Shown here: positions 1-13,284 of the stretch, in pieces
Layout: every line of letters begins with the position of its first letter
How positions within the stretch are numbered: the stretch's first letter is position 1
Assembly: GCF_009914755.1 (NCBI RefSeq)
Contig: NC_060947.1
From: the human T2T-CHM13v2.0 reference genome, Homo sapiens
Direction: 5' to 3' (one strand)
Length of the DNA stretch: 64,000 nucleotides
The notes under the pieces: generated by a model
Seen by the model: only the letters and a program-made list of their open reading frames with translations
What the model was told of the DNA's origin: nothing
The model's database searches: none
Made by a program: the position numbers and the translations under genes

Positions 1-655
<655 letters not shown>

Positions 656-693
656 ACAATGTATACATATATAAATTATGTATGCAAACGTAT

Positions 694-1119
694 TATGATA
701 GTTAAGACTGAGTGTCAACTTGATTGGCTTCAAGGATGCAAAGTATTGATCTGGTTGTGTCTGTGAGGGTGTTGCCAAAGGAGATTAACATTTGACTCAG
801 TGGGCTGGGGAAGGCAGACTCACTCTTAATCTGGGTGGGTACCATCTAATCAGCTGCAAGTGAACACAAAACAGGAAGAAAAATGTGAAAAGGCTAGACT
901 GGCTTAGCCTCCCAGCCTACATCTTTCTCCCATGTTGGATACTTCCTGCCCTCAAACATCAGACTCCAAGATCTTCAGCTTTGGGACTTGGACTGGCTTC
1001 CTTGATTTTCAGCTTGCAGACAACGGGTATATTTTTATGTGTGTGTATGCATATATATACATATATATATATATGTATGTATATATGTACTGTCCCTCTA
1101 GAGAACCCTGACTAATAGA
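694..1119 (+). mobile_element. ERVL LTR, MLT2A (MLT2A1-like short form); 5' LTR of a truncated HERV-L
   Basis: '..gttaagactgagtgtcaactttgattgg..gatgcaaagtattg..gagggtgttgccaaaggagattaacatttg' through 'tgtccctctagagaaccctgactaataga'; internal (TA)n; lacks the ~100-bp block present in the 9850 copy. Confidence 0.9.
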
Positions 1120-1645
1120 GATTTTGCTACCAGGAGTGGTTCTAGAAGAACAGAATATTAAAGATGGAGTTCATTTGCTGGTTTTGGGGTTCCTGCAGTG
1201 GGCTGCTTAATATTATTAGATCCCAAAATGCTAAGGACTCCACTTCTAATTGTATAGAGATCACTGACAGTCCTTGGCATGAACTGCTTAGAGAGTTATG
1301 CAAAATAAATGCATTTGACACTCCTGATTCACTGCTAGTGAGAGGCAATGTGTTTAGTGACTCTACACGTAATACCTTTGACTATATGTGGAGAACCAAG
1401 GAACATAGTGAATCTGGTTGGTTGCTCCTAAGTTCACTGGACAAACGGATGAAAGATTGAGATCTTTCTCTGAGTTTGACTCAGAGATTCAAACTCCCAG
1501 TTTCAGAAACAGATGCTGAGCTTCAGATATTCAAGATTGCCCTGAATCAGAGTCCTATCTCCTGTAGAGAAAGAGCTGAAATTCTGGAAATTTAGACACA
1601 AGTTCTTATCAAGTGAATGGCTGACCTGCAACAAAAGGTTGCATA
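1120..1645 (+). pseudogene. HERV-L internal region: gag 5' remnant with stop/frameshifts, truncated
   Basis: ORF 1164-1460 'LLNIIRSQNAKDSTSN...DSPWHELLRELCKINAFDTPDS...WRTKEH..GWLLLSS' matches the recalled HERV-L gag N-terminus; similarity continues to 'gctgacctgcaacaaaaggt' and ends at a (TA)n run. Confidence 0.88.
1125..1140 (+). promoter_or_regulatory. Degenerate tRNA-Leu primer-binding site of HERV-L
   Basis: 'tgctaccaggagtggt' just after the LTR resembles TGGTACCAGGAGTGG, the complement of the tRNA-Leu 3' end (1 mismatch). Confidence 0.7.
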
Positions 1646-2107
1646 TATATATATGGCTAGCATAGTACACCATGTACAAATTACACATTGTACAAATTAT
1701 ATACTGTACATTTTTAAATAGCTGAAAGTAACTTTCAAATGTTCTTTTGAAAACAAAATAAAGTTATTTCAGAATTTGTTACTGCTTTCACAATGGCTAA
1801 ACTAACTCACCTTCCAACTACACTACAGAGCAGTGAGACAGTCACAAGTTGTAACCCATAGTTTTTTTCTCTTTGACCTACAAGCTCAGAGTGGTAAATT
1901 GGCAAATTACATTAGAGAAAAGTGGCTGGAAAGGGAGGCAATACCTTAATGACTTTTTTCTTCTCTGTGATGTTGGCCACTCAATTCCTGAATGCCTCAG
2001 TTTCTTTTTCTTCCTTTTGTTTTTGTAGATGTTCTAGTTGGGTAGACTGGTCTAGGCTGATTATAGCCCCAAACTGGAACTTTTCATAACATATTTTGTG
2101 CTCAAAG

Positions 2108-2211
2108 TGCTTAAGATCATTTACTATGCTCTGTTTAAATTATTAATAATCATATTATTCTGCTTCTGCTTAAGACCATTTACTATGCTCCGTTCAAATT
2201 ATTAATAATCA
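2108..2211. repeat. Direct duplication: two 45-bp copies with a 14-bp spacer
   Basis: tgcttaagatcatttactatgctctgtttaaattattaataatca (2108-2152) vs tgcttaagaccatttactatgctccgttcaaattattaataatca (2167-2211); 3 T/C differences. Confidence 0.92.
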
Positions 2212-2592
2212 CCATTAATGAGAGAAAACTGGTTTGCACAAGTGGGTGATTTTTTTATTAAATGTTATTCTTACTACCTTTCAAATTTTTACAAACATTG
2301 AAATTATTAATTTTACTCTAATATCTGTTCTTGTTCATTCACTGACAAATTTAATGTTGTAAATTGCTGTGATAATATAAACAGATTTTAAATTCATTCT
2401 TTCTAATGCCAGGTATTTTGATATGCAGTATGGATGAATGGCAAATTTTGTAGACTGCACATGCATTATTAGAGCTGTCACTTTAAGTGAGTATAATATT
2501 AGACATTATTAATCATACATATGTGAAGACAAAATAATATTTAAGTGTTTACCCTAAACTTTAGTTAGACTAATCAACTACTAAACTACTGA

Positions 2593-2768
2593 AATCAGAT
2601 GAAAGGGGGACTAATGGTAGTAATCTAACTAACCTTACAGAAATACAAAAATAAAAAAGAATTTTTAGAAATACTATATGCCAACAAATTAAATAACGTG
2701 GAAGAAATAGACAAATTCTTAGAAAGACACGAACACGAACTACTTGAATTCACTCAAGAAGATATAAG
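2593..2768 (+). mobile_element. Short L1M ORF2 fragment
   Basis: 'tatatgccaacaaattaaataac..gaagaaatagacaaattcttagaaagacac' (LYANKL.N.EEMDKFLE region). Confidence 0.75.
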
Positions 2769-3120
2769 ATGCTTCCTCAACCTGCTCCTTCTGAAATGGT
2801 CAACATGTTATAATAAGAGTTCAAGTAAAGTGTTACAGGGTGCTTAACACAAAATTATTTAATTTCAACTGAGAGAATCAGTGTGAGTTTAATATAGGCT
2901 GAGTTGAGGTAAGTGTCAATAAGTAAAAAGAAATTTTGTCAGATAGGGAATGCATTTCAGATGGTTCAAGGAGCCAAGAATGAAGTCATGGCCATAAGAG
3001 CATATATTGCTTGCTTGTTAAACATTGGGGGCCATGTGTCTGGAGCCTGGATGTATGGAAGGCTCTAGTTAAAGATTAGATATTTAAAAGGTAGATTGGG
3101 TCTACTGGATTGTTAGATTT

Positions 3121-5945
3121 GCCAGAGCAATTATTCAAGAGAAAGAAATGAAGTGCATCCAAATTGGAAAGGAAGAAGTCAAATTGTCCCTGTTGGCAGA
3201 TGACATCATCTTATATCTAGAAAAAACAAAAGATTCTACCAAAGAACCCCACTTGGAACTGATCAATGAATTCAGTAAAGTTGCAGGATACAAAATTAAT
3301 AAACAAAAATTAGTAGCTTTCCACACACGAACAAGAATCTAGCTGAAAAAGAAATCAAGAAGACAATGCCCTTTGTAATAGCTACAAAAATACCTAGGAA
3401 TAAATGTAACCAAAAAGGTGAAAGACTTCTTTAAGGAAAACTACAAAACACTGTTGCAAGAAATTGAAGAGGATACAAAACAAATAGAAAAACATCTCAT
3501 GTTCATGGATTAGAAGAATTAATATTGTTGAAATGACAATATTACCCAAAGCAATCCACAGATTCAATGCAATCTTTATCAAAATACCAATAACATTCTT
3601 CACAAAATTAGAAAAAATCCTAAAATATTTTGGAACCACAAAATACTCCAAATAGCCAATGTGATTCATAGCAAAAAGAACAAAGCTGGAGGTATCATAC
3701 TTTCAGACCTCAAATTATACTACAAGGCTATAGTAACCAAAACAGCATGATACTAGCATAAAAAGAGACACAAAGGGCAATGGAGCAGAGTAGGTAACAT
3801 AAACATTAATCGACATATCTACAGCCCACTGATTTTTGACATAGTGCCAAGGACATTCATTGAAGAAAGGATTGTCTCGTCAATAAGCAGTGCTTAAGAA
3901 CAAAACATAAAGAAAATGCTACAGGAAATTGGCCTGGGGGAAAAAATTGTGAATAAGACCTTTAAAATAGAGGCAATGAAAGCAAAAATAAATAGAGTAA
4001 AACAAATTAAAAATCTTCTCCACAGCAAAGCAAACAAGCAACAGAGTGAAATGACAGCCTATAGGATGGAAAAAGAATCTTTGCAAGCTACTCGTCTGAC
4101 AAAGGATTAATATCCAGAACTTTCAATGAACTCAAACATGTCAACAACAACAACAAAATATCTGATTAAAAATGAGCAAATGATCTGACCAGACATTTCT
4201 CAAAAGCAGACATACAAATGGTCAACAAATATATGAAAAATAAAATGCTCAACATCACTAATCATCAGGGAAATGCAAATCAAAACCATAATTGAGTATC
4301 ATTTCATTCAGTTAAGATGACTATTATCAAAAAGTCAAAAAATAGTAAATTGTGGTAAGGATGCAGAGAAAAGGGGATTCATACACTGTTGGTGGGAATG
4401 TAAACTTGTACAGCCACTACGAAGAACAGCATGAAGTTCTTAAAAAATTAAAATATAACTACCATATATACATATAACTACCATAAAATATAACTACCAG
4501 CAATCCCAGTACTGGGCAGGTATCCAAAGGAGAGAAAGTCATTATAATGAAGGTTCATCTACACCTCCGTGTTTATTGTAGCACTATTCACAATACTGAA
4601 GATGTGGAACCAACCTAATGTTCATTAACATATGAATGGATAAAAAATGGAGTATATATTCACAATGGAATACTATTTGGCCACAAAAAAATGTAATCCT
4701 CTTATTTGTGGCAACATGGATAAAATTGGAGGATATGTTAAGTGAAAGACGTGTCAGGAACAGAAAGCTAAACAGTGGATATTCTCATTCATATGTGGAA
4801 GTTAAAAAAAAAGCTGACCTTATAGAAGTGAAAAGCAGAACAGAGAATACTAGAGGGTGGAAAGGATAGGAGGCAAGGAGGGACAAGGAAAGATTTGTTA
4901 AAGGACACAAAATTGCAGCTAGATAAGAGGAATAAGTTCCAGCATTATATAGCACTGTAGTTAATAACTGTAGTTAATAATATATAGTTTTGAATAGCTA
5001 GAAGGAGGATACTTGAAATATATCCTACAGGATAACCATAGTTAATAATATATAGTTTCAAATAGCTAGAAGGAGGATATTGAAAGTATCCAACATAAAT
5101 AAATAACAAATGTTTAAGATACTGGATATGGTGTCAACTGAAGAATGACAAGGTTCATAAATTTGGAAAGGGGAACTTACTTCTCTTAAAGGGTTGCAGC
5201 CTGCAGAGTGGCCATTCCAACAGGCTGGGAAGCATAGCCTCTGGCCAGAATCTGGAAACAGACACTTTGAGGGTGGGAAGAATGAGACAGGGATTTATGC
5301 TAAAGGAGGTGGCTAAATATATACATATATATATTCAATAAGCTATAGAAGGAGTCATAAAAGAAGAAACATGCATATGTATAATTGAGCTTCATTTCCC
5401 TCCATGGGATTCATGTTCAAAAAAATGGTTGTGTTAGCATGACCCAAGGGTAGAGTTTTCAGCCCTCTGACTTCAGAAGGTGAAGCAGAGGACTCAATAC
5501 CCCTTTAGTGCACATCATCTGTAGACTGGCAAGAACCACTCCATGGTTGGTGATCTCTTATCAGGAAGGAATGCTGGTCAGTTCTTTTGTCAAAGCCACA
5601 AAAGGAAGGAGCAGCATGAGGTGTTGTTTGAAATCAGCAGTGCAGCTAGTTTTTTGAAAGGGCTAGTTTCTGTTCAACCCTTAGGAAAAAAAGCCTAATG
5701 GTGATTAGTGTGGGAGGAGGCATAATGAGACCTGTCCGACCTCCCATTCCATCATGGCAAGAACTCAGTTTACAGTTTTTCTCTGGAGTTCCCTTGGCCA
5801 ATGGAAGAGGAGGGGAGGGGGCTTAAAATTTAATTTTTATTTATCAATGGTAATTACCCTGATCTGATCACTATACATTACATATATCAAAATGTCATGA
5901 TGTATCCCATGAATATGTACAATTACTATTTGTCAATTAAAAATA
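3121..5945 (+). mobile_element. L1MA-type LINE-1: 3' part of ORF2 and 3'UTR, interrupted by an LTR at 5132-5846
   Basis: '[22 protein letters not shown]' RT motif; L1MA 3'UTR ('aaaattgcagctagataagaggaataagttc', 'taattaccctgatctgatcactatac') ending 'gtcaattaaaaataa'; internal deletion near 3900. Confidence 0.9.
5132..5846 (-). mobile_element. Solo ERV1 (MER4-group, MER72/MER83-like) LTR
   Basis: TG...CA termini with a perfect 4-bp TSD ATGG (5128-5131, 5847-5850); minus strand starts 'tgataaataaaaattaaattttaagccccc..ttggccaaggg..ccagagaaaa', typical of MER4-group LTRs. Confidence 0.8.
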
Positions 5946-8629
5946 ATATTGAAAAAATTCAGTAGAGGTAAAATAAAAAAAATGCTGTCTTCAGAATCAA
6001 ATCTGAATTACTATGGTTAGCAATCCACATTTTTTTGCTCAGGGGAATTATAATAATTAATATAATATTTTAAACAAATCCTTCTGGAGGTAAATAATTG
6101 ATTTAAGAGGATAAAACCAATTAAGAGATATTAAACTAGTATCAGTGAGAAGTAAGGAGTACCTGGCATAAGGCAATGACAGTAAGAATAAAGAGGATTT
6201 TTTTGTATGTTTTTCTAGTTTTACCTAAAAAAATAATGCTTCAGAAATTTTCTCTGGAGATAAAACTGTTTCTATGTTATTTAAAGAGAATGTCCAAATG
6301 AGTCTGGCCTTATATATTACAGCTATTTGGAGGAAGACTTATTTTTGTCTACTCAAAGTTTAGCTTATAAGAAACAGCAAAAGAGAACAGAAATTCATTC
6401 ATGCATTGTTATTTTCAGCTTTAGAGTCTCAACTGTGACTCTTCTGAACATGGCTAATAGATTAAAAACTAGAGCCCTATGAATACTTTGCAGGTAGAAG
6501 CTGCATTTTTAACCAAGAGTGTAATAACAGGCTTTCTAAATCTTGAGGTTTAGTAAGTAATTATTTATTTCTTAAATGAATGTTTAAATTTTAAAAACTT
6601 CTCTAATGACTGTAGATAATTTATAATTATAATGAGTGCATGTTCCAGATTTCATGGGTCAACTCCAAGAGAACAGGCCAAAGACGAAAACAACCTTTGA
6701 GACTTTGCTTTGGATTCTTGCAAAGACCATGCAAGGACCTTCCTTCTGAATTTTGTTTTGTTTTATGGAGAACGCTTCAGAGCATAGAGCATAAAGACTC
6801 AAAAAACTGATTGACCTAAGTGTTCCGTGTATAGAAAAAAGGGATAGGAAGGAGGAAAACGTGTCTGGCATTTTCTGCTTTGAACCTAACACACATAATC
6901 CAAAGCTATCACAGCAAGAATAATTCTTCCCCCTAAGTTGGACACAGTGTCCACAGGTATATCTAAAATGATCAAAATATATAAATGAATTAATGTGCTA
7001 CAACTACCCTGTCTATAGTAGGTGAGCAAACAAGTGTTCTAAATCACCAGAACTACCTACTTAGCCCAATAGAATCCAATGGTGATAAATCTAGAGTCAG
7101 TAAATCTCAAGAAAGTAAAACACTCAAATATTTAAAAAATTATTGGGCATTCAATGTTGTTTTGATGGTTGTTTTAGTTGTTTTATATGATCTGAAAATC
7201 TTAAAAATGATACTGGAGAAAACAGGACTTTGTAAGTACTATGTTTATTTTTTTCAGCCTTACATTAGGTGATATTATTATTATTATTGAAATTAACTGA
7301 TGATAAATAAGAAAACTAATGCCTCTACTTCGGTTCTTAATAATCTTATTGTTCTTGAAAGCATTAAAAATGTGGTCATTTGTAACACCATCTCTAGGCA
7401 GCTCTCAATATAAAAAATGGAAAACATGTTTTGATTGGTATGTATGTCATAGACTAAAGTGTGGGGCTGTGTGAAAGAAAGAAAAAAATGGTAAGGAGAG
7501 AGGAGAATGAGAGTTCAAGAGATATCCACTGATGACATCTCATACCAAGTTATTTCTGAAACAACATAAGGGGGATGTGTTTGAGATCTGCAGAATAGAA
7601 TATAAAGACTTGTCTAAAGCCCAACTCCTGCATTTCTAGAATGAAGTGCAACGATTAATTGACTCAATGAAGAGTTTACTCTTCTGAATACTAACTGAGA
7701 CTTCGCATTTTCTGCTGCTCTAGCTGACAGATTTTAGATTTTTACTTAACTGGCGTATTAATAAACAATATTTTGTAGTCTTACTTTCATGGACTTTTCA
7801 CTGACGTGTTGACATGAATTTTTATTGTTCTTTTTATTGTGCAACCTAAACACACCTTTAGTTCTTTTTCCTTGAGTTCAAGCTGACAAGGAAAACTTCA
7901 AGTGTCTGAATGTACATTCTCATAAAAACCTCAACAGAGGTTATGAAGGTAAACTTAACCTTAACGTGTAATTGGAGCATAGAGAGAATGAAGCTGCTTT
8001 ATACATGAAAAGTGAGAGGTATTCAGAGAAAGAGAAGGAGGAGAGAAAGAGAGAAATGAGGGAGGGAAGGAAGTAAAGCAATGACATTTAAAACTGTTAG
8101 AAATATCAGGGGGAAAAGGCAAAAGATACTGAGCATAAAACTGGAGGGTTTTTTGCCTTCAGAAACAGTATATAATAGTCAATGAGAAGGATTTTGCCAC
8201 AGGAGGCAAATTGCCGTGGATTCTGAAAATTGCAGAGTACTAATAAAACACTGAACATATCCCTGGTTACAAGTACTTAGCTATGCAATTTGTTACTTCT
8301 TGGGGAAAGTTTTGCATTACATAAATTTGTGTTTCAGAACCTTCTTTCATTCTGGGTGCAAGCTGAATAGCCAAGTGGGAAGTGACATAGCTTTTATATC
8401 AATCATTATGCAAATCTGCCTTTGGCTTTACCTCTAGTTTAAAATATTCTAAATTCTATAAAAAATTATTATAGTTGGAAAAGTAATATTTTGCCTAAAT
8501 AAATGCTCTTTCTCCTAAATCAACCTGCATTCTCCATTAATGAAAGACTTTGCATGAAAGTTAAAAGAGGCAAAATGGGTGACGGATGCATTTAAATGAC
8601 AAATTTTCTGTATATTTCCTTTAATATCA

Positions 8630-8750
8630 GAGCTAGAAGAAATTCTAGTCCTAAGATAGAGAGCTTGAGGCAAATTCTCTAAGTACCCACATTGAATTAG
8701 TGACAATAACGGGACTAGACCCCAGGTCATATTGCTCTAAGGCCATTGCA
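8630..8750 (-). mobile_element. MIR fragment
   Basis: 'gaattagtgacaataacgggactagaccccaggtc' resembles the reverse of the MIR core. Confidence 0.45.
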
Positions 8751-9554
8751 CTATATGAGAACTGCCTCTGTGAAACTACAAAGCAAAGGAGGCCTTCAAC
8801 TGTTTTCAAACAACATGTATTCTCTCCCTCATATTTCTCTGTTTCTCTACATTAATATTGTCATCCCCACCACCTACTCCTAGATCCCATCATGTCCTAA
8901 GCAAAAATTTACCTCTTTTAATAAACCTGACTAACTCCACTCTCCAGCCCACACTTATTGCAGATTTATACTTCTGGCTCTCAGCAGAACATTCAAGTTT
9001 TAATTTTTTATGTATATTTAAGCCCTTAATCATATGGTGCTTTAAAATTAGTCTTTATTATTCCATGGGGCTTGTTTTGTCCTTTCAATTTAATTGTAAG
9101 CTTTTTAGGACAGGGGCCACATTTCCTGCTTGTTTAATAGCAACTTTCAATACTTTACCAACAACCCACACACAACCTTACAGAGAACAAAGAATTGACG
9201 TATCTTGTTGTTAAAACTAGAGTTTTAAGAGAATTGCAAGCATTTTCAAAAGTATTTTAAAGCTGTTGTTTTCCTAATTGTACATTTTTCAAATTCTACA
9301 CAATGAGTCTGCATTACTATTTAAGTAGAAAATTGTATACAATTAAAATAAATTAGAGGCCCATATTTTGTTTTCTTTAACAGCTTATTTTCCTCAGAGC
9401 TTTACCTAACATCTCTATTCTGATGCCTCCTGAAACTGAAACTTCCTGTGGACTTTTCACCCAAATCATGTAAATGTATTTTTTACTGCTCATGATCTAT
9501 CGGGCTCTCTTCAATGTCTGTCTTAAATGTGTTCCCTTATAATGTTTACTCAAT

Positions 9555-9720
9555 AAGCCAACAAATATTTATCAAGCACTAGTCAGTGCCAGGAACAGCA
9601 TTAGATCTTGCATATACATTGGAAGTGAAACAGGTAATGTTACTCAGTGTAGCTTAGTGGGGAGAGATGCAGAACAAATAGAAAAGCAAGTCAATAAATG
9701 TTCAATTTATAAATAAGAAA
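9555..9720 (-). mobile_element. L2 3'-end fragment
   Basis: 'caacaaatatttatcaagcactagtcagtgccaggaacagcattag' resembles the reverse of the L2 3' terminus. Confidence 0.55.
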
Positions 9721-9849
9721 ATTACAGATTTAGAGTCTCAGAGCTAGAAGAGATGTGAGCAAATTCAAGACTTTCTCTCTATTTTCTATTTCTGTTTTAA
9801 AGTTTCAAAATAAAGGAGATAGATAAGTTACTTTTCCAACATTACACAG

Positions 9850-10395
9850 TGTGATGGTTAATACTGAGTGTCAATTTGATTGGATTAAAGGATGCAAAGT
9901 ATTGTTCCTGGGTGTGTCTGTGAAGGTGTTGCCAAAGGAGATTAAAATTTGAGTCAGTGGACTGGGAGAGGCAGACCCACCCTTAATCTGGGTGGGCACC
10001 ATTTAATCAGCTGCCAGCTCGGCTAGGATAAAAAGCAGGCAGAGGAACATGGAAGGACTAGACTGGCTAAGTCTTCTGGCCTCCATCTTTCTCCCATGCT
10101 GTATGATTCCTGCCCTCAAACATTGAACTCCCAGTTGTTCAGCTTTTGGACTCGTGCTTACACCAGTGGTTTGCCAGTGGCTTTCGGGGCTTTGGCTGCA
10201 GACTGAAAGCTGCACCATCGGCTTCTCTACCTTTTGAAGTTTTGGGACTTGGACTGGCTTCCTTCTCCTCAGCTTGCAGGTGGCCTATTGTGGGACTTCT
10301 TGTGATCGTGTGAATCAATGCTCCTTAATAAACTTTCTTTCGTATATACATCTATTCTATTAGTCCTGTCCCTCTAGGGAACCCTGACTAACACA
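9850..10395 (+). mobile_element. Solo ERVL LTR, MLT2A (MLT2A2-like long form)
   Basis: 'tgtgatggttaatactgagtgtcaa...' through '...accctgactaacaca'; perfect 5-bp TSD CACAG (9845-9849, 10396-10400); AATAAA at ~10328. Confidence 0.93.
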
Positions 10396-10669
10396 CACAG
10401 CCAAGATTAGACTTCTGTGGAGGTCTTGGCTCTCAGATAAGTGTTAGTTTGCTTACACTTCATCCTGTTTCCCATCCATTTAGATGTTGCCTCATCACAT
10501 CTAATACAACATGTATTAACAAGCATTAATCAAGAAACAATATATTCCAAGACCTGTACTAAGGTTCTAGGGATATATTGATGAAAAACATCATCAACAG
10601 TATCAAAAACAACAAATGCAACTTGTTCTTGGGAGACTGAATCTTAACAGAGGCTTGTTTATTTTGCTA

Positions 10670-11370
10670 AACTTCTAAAAGAACCAGGTTTTGTTTTGTG
10701 TTTTAAGTCTCTCCTTTTGTAACTATAGTGTATTAATTTATGTTCTAATATCTATTATATGTTTATTTCCTTTTTCCAGTTCTTTTAGTTGATGCTGTTG
10801 TACTTTTGACACCATTTTAATATGATTACCAATACAAATTTTATCTTTGAAATTCCTAAATTGGTAGAAAAGATTTAAAGAATACATACTTTCTTTTATT
10901 TGCCAGTTTAGCTTCATCCCCGATCAGAAATGCAGTGTTTTTATTACTGTTCAATTACAAATATTTTATCATTTATATTATTACATCTTCTTTGAACCAT
11001 AAATTATATAGAATTTTTTTTGCCTTTTTATTTTTTTAACGTATGGGAATTGAGTACTCTCATTTCATTGATGTTTAATTTTATCACATAGTCATCAGCA
11101 AAATGGGTTACATATCTTATTTTTATACTTCCTTTGTGACCTATACATAGTCAATATTGTGTTACATGAATGTATGCTCTCTAAATGGTGGGTACAGGTA
11201 AATGTTCTCCAGATAAAGCTTGTTAACCATGTTTTTATATCTTTATTCATGTTTTGTCTATGTAATCTATCAGTCGCTGTGGGGAAATCGGTGTTAATAT
11301 CTTCCAGTTTAATTATGGACCAGTCTGTTTCCCTTTGTAATTGTCCACATTTTCTCTATATTTTAAACAT
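10670..11370 (-). mobile_element. Very old L1 (L1ME-like) ORF2 5' fragment
   Basis: T-rich with degenerate L1 antisense motifs ('cttctaaaagaaccag', 'tttgtgacctatacatagtcaat', 'ggtgttaatatcttcc..attatgga'). Confidence 0.55.
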
Positions 11371-13089
11371 AAATTACTACAACAGCCTGTTATATTTCTC
11401 TATATCTTTCCATTACTATACAACCTCTCAATTTCCTAAAACGTAAATTTGAATACATTGTTCTTTTGCATAGAAGTCATTAATGATGCATTATTTGTCA
11501 TTGCAACAATCTTGAATACTTTTGTGTGATTTCCATGTGTAGGCTTTACCCTAAATCCACCAATCCCTTCTCACTAAATTTCTGCTTGATTTTTTTCCCT
11601 GACATCAATCTCATCTCTACCTCTATGTTGATTCCACATCTAGGATTGCCCTTTCTCCTATTCTTAATTTATATAATTCCTAAAAGTTCCTTAAAGACAT
11701 TTTCTCTACAAGACCTTCCTATTCATTCCAACCTGTACTTATCACTCCCTTCTCAGACTCTCAAAGAACTAAGGGTCTAAAGGATATTTGATAGTTTTCT
11801 GGTTTTCCTGGACTGGAAAGTCTTTAGATAAAAACTACATTTATACATTACTAGGTATAGCACATGGTAGGAAACATTTAAGCCATTTATGCTGTTTTAC
11901 CATTTTATTGGCCCTGTACTCTAAGTAGAGAAGTTGATGTTAATCTGCTAAGTTAAATATAAAAACAAAGACTAAAGATACAATCTTTTGAAAGACCTGA
12001 CATGGTAGCTTAGTTGGGTCTATCATAAAAACCCAGTTAATATTATTTTGAGTAGATAAAATTATTTTATTATTGGTGAATTAATTCTACACTAATAAAA
12101 TGGAAGATTTTGTCATTCTAATAAAAGAGACTGCAAAGAGAATAGCAAGACAATCCCAGCTGCTAAGTAATAGGTGAAACACATTTATGTACTCTAGATA
12201 TTACATTCCTTTGAAGAATCCATACTTTTATTTGACCTGGCTCCAGTGGAAAATAAAATGTTAAAAAAAAATACAGTGCTTTCCCCTTCTTTTTCATGAA
12301 AAAGAAAAAAACATTTAGGAGGTATTTTCAAAAGGTTAGTTGCTGGTTTAATTTATTTCATGACAGGTTATTACATGCTTCAGTACACAGGATGTTTTCT
12401 GCAGAGTGATCACTAATCAAAGCCTTATTGAGATATGATATTTCTTGTAAGCCATTGAAAGAGTATCTGCCTCAGTACTCTAATTTCTTCTCTCATGGTT
12501 TGATTTTGAGGAGCTCAATTATATGGCACAAAATCTCATCCATAAAAATAGACCAAAATGAGGGCTTTGATGTTATAGTCAATGTCCCATTATCTGAGCA
12601 CAGATATTTCACAATAAATCTTACTTTCAATTACTTAAAATATTCTTGCTGGTATAAATACGGTTTTAAGATATTTTGTATAATCGCCTCTTCTTATTGA
12701 ACTTTAGGGAATTAGTCCTGTAATTAAACTTGAACAGTAGGTAGTTCCTGCCTATCTGTCTGTTTATTCTAAGAGTTGATTGATTTTGAGGAACAGTTAC
12801 TTATTCTCCACTCCACATGTTCCCATGTGGAAGCCTTCCCATATGTGTAATACTCTTGGCCTTTCTCCTCATTAGAGGAGGAATGGCTTAACTGATTGGT
12901 GAGCCTGGGAGAATAAACTAGGGGAGCATGGTAAAATCCTCCCTCTTTTTCAGGACTGGGATCTACTGTCTGGCTATACACATAGTTTTCAGGGTCACCT
13001 TTGTATCATAACACAAATGTTATACCCTCGCACAATGAGACTTGAAATTCCTCTGCTATGCTGGTGACATCAGATCTCTCAATCTTAAT

Positions 13090-13225
13090 CATTTATTTGC
13101 ACTGTTCGTAAACTCAGATATTATCTTAGGTTAAATAAATTGCCCAAGGGCATGAAGATGTTTAAGGTTGCAAATTGAAATTCTAACACAGGTGTTTCTG
13201 ACCATAAAGCTGATTTTTTACCAAA
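13090..13225 (-). mobile_element. MIR fragment
   Basis: 'aggttaaataaattgcccaaggg..gaaattctaacacaggtgtttctgac..aaagct'. Confidence 0.55.
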
Positions 13226-13284
13226 ATCACTTACTTTATTTATGCAAATTTATGTTAAAATCAAATAATAAAGAATTCTGTTTT

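Noticed and set aside
694-10395. One HERV-L provirus bounded by the two MLT2A LTRs
   Set aside because: The second LTR has its own perfect CACAG TSD and a different length form, and the intervening DNA is not retroviral.
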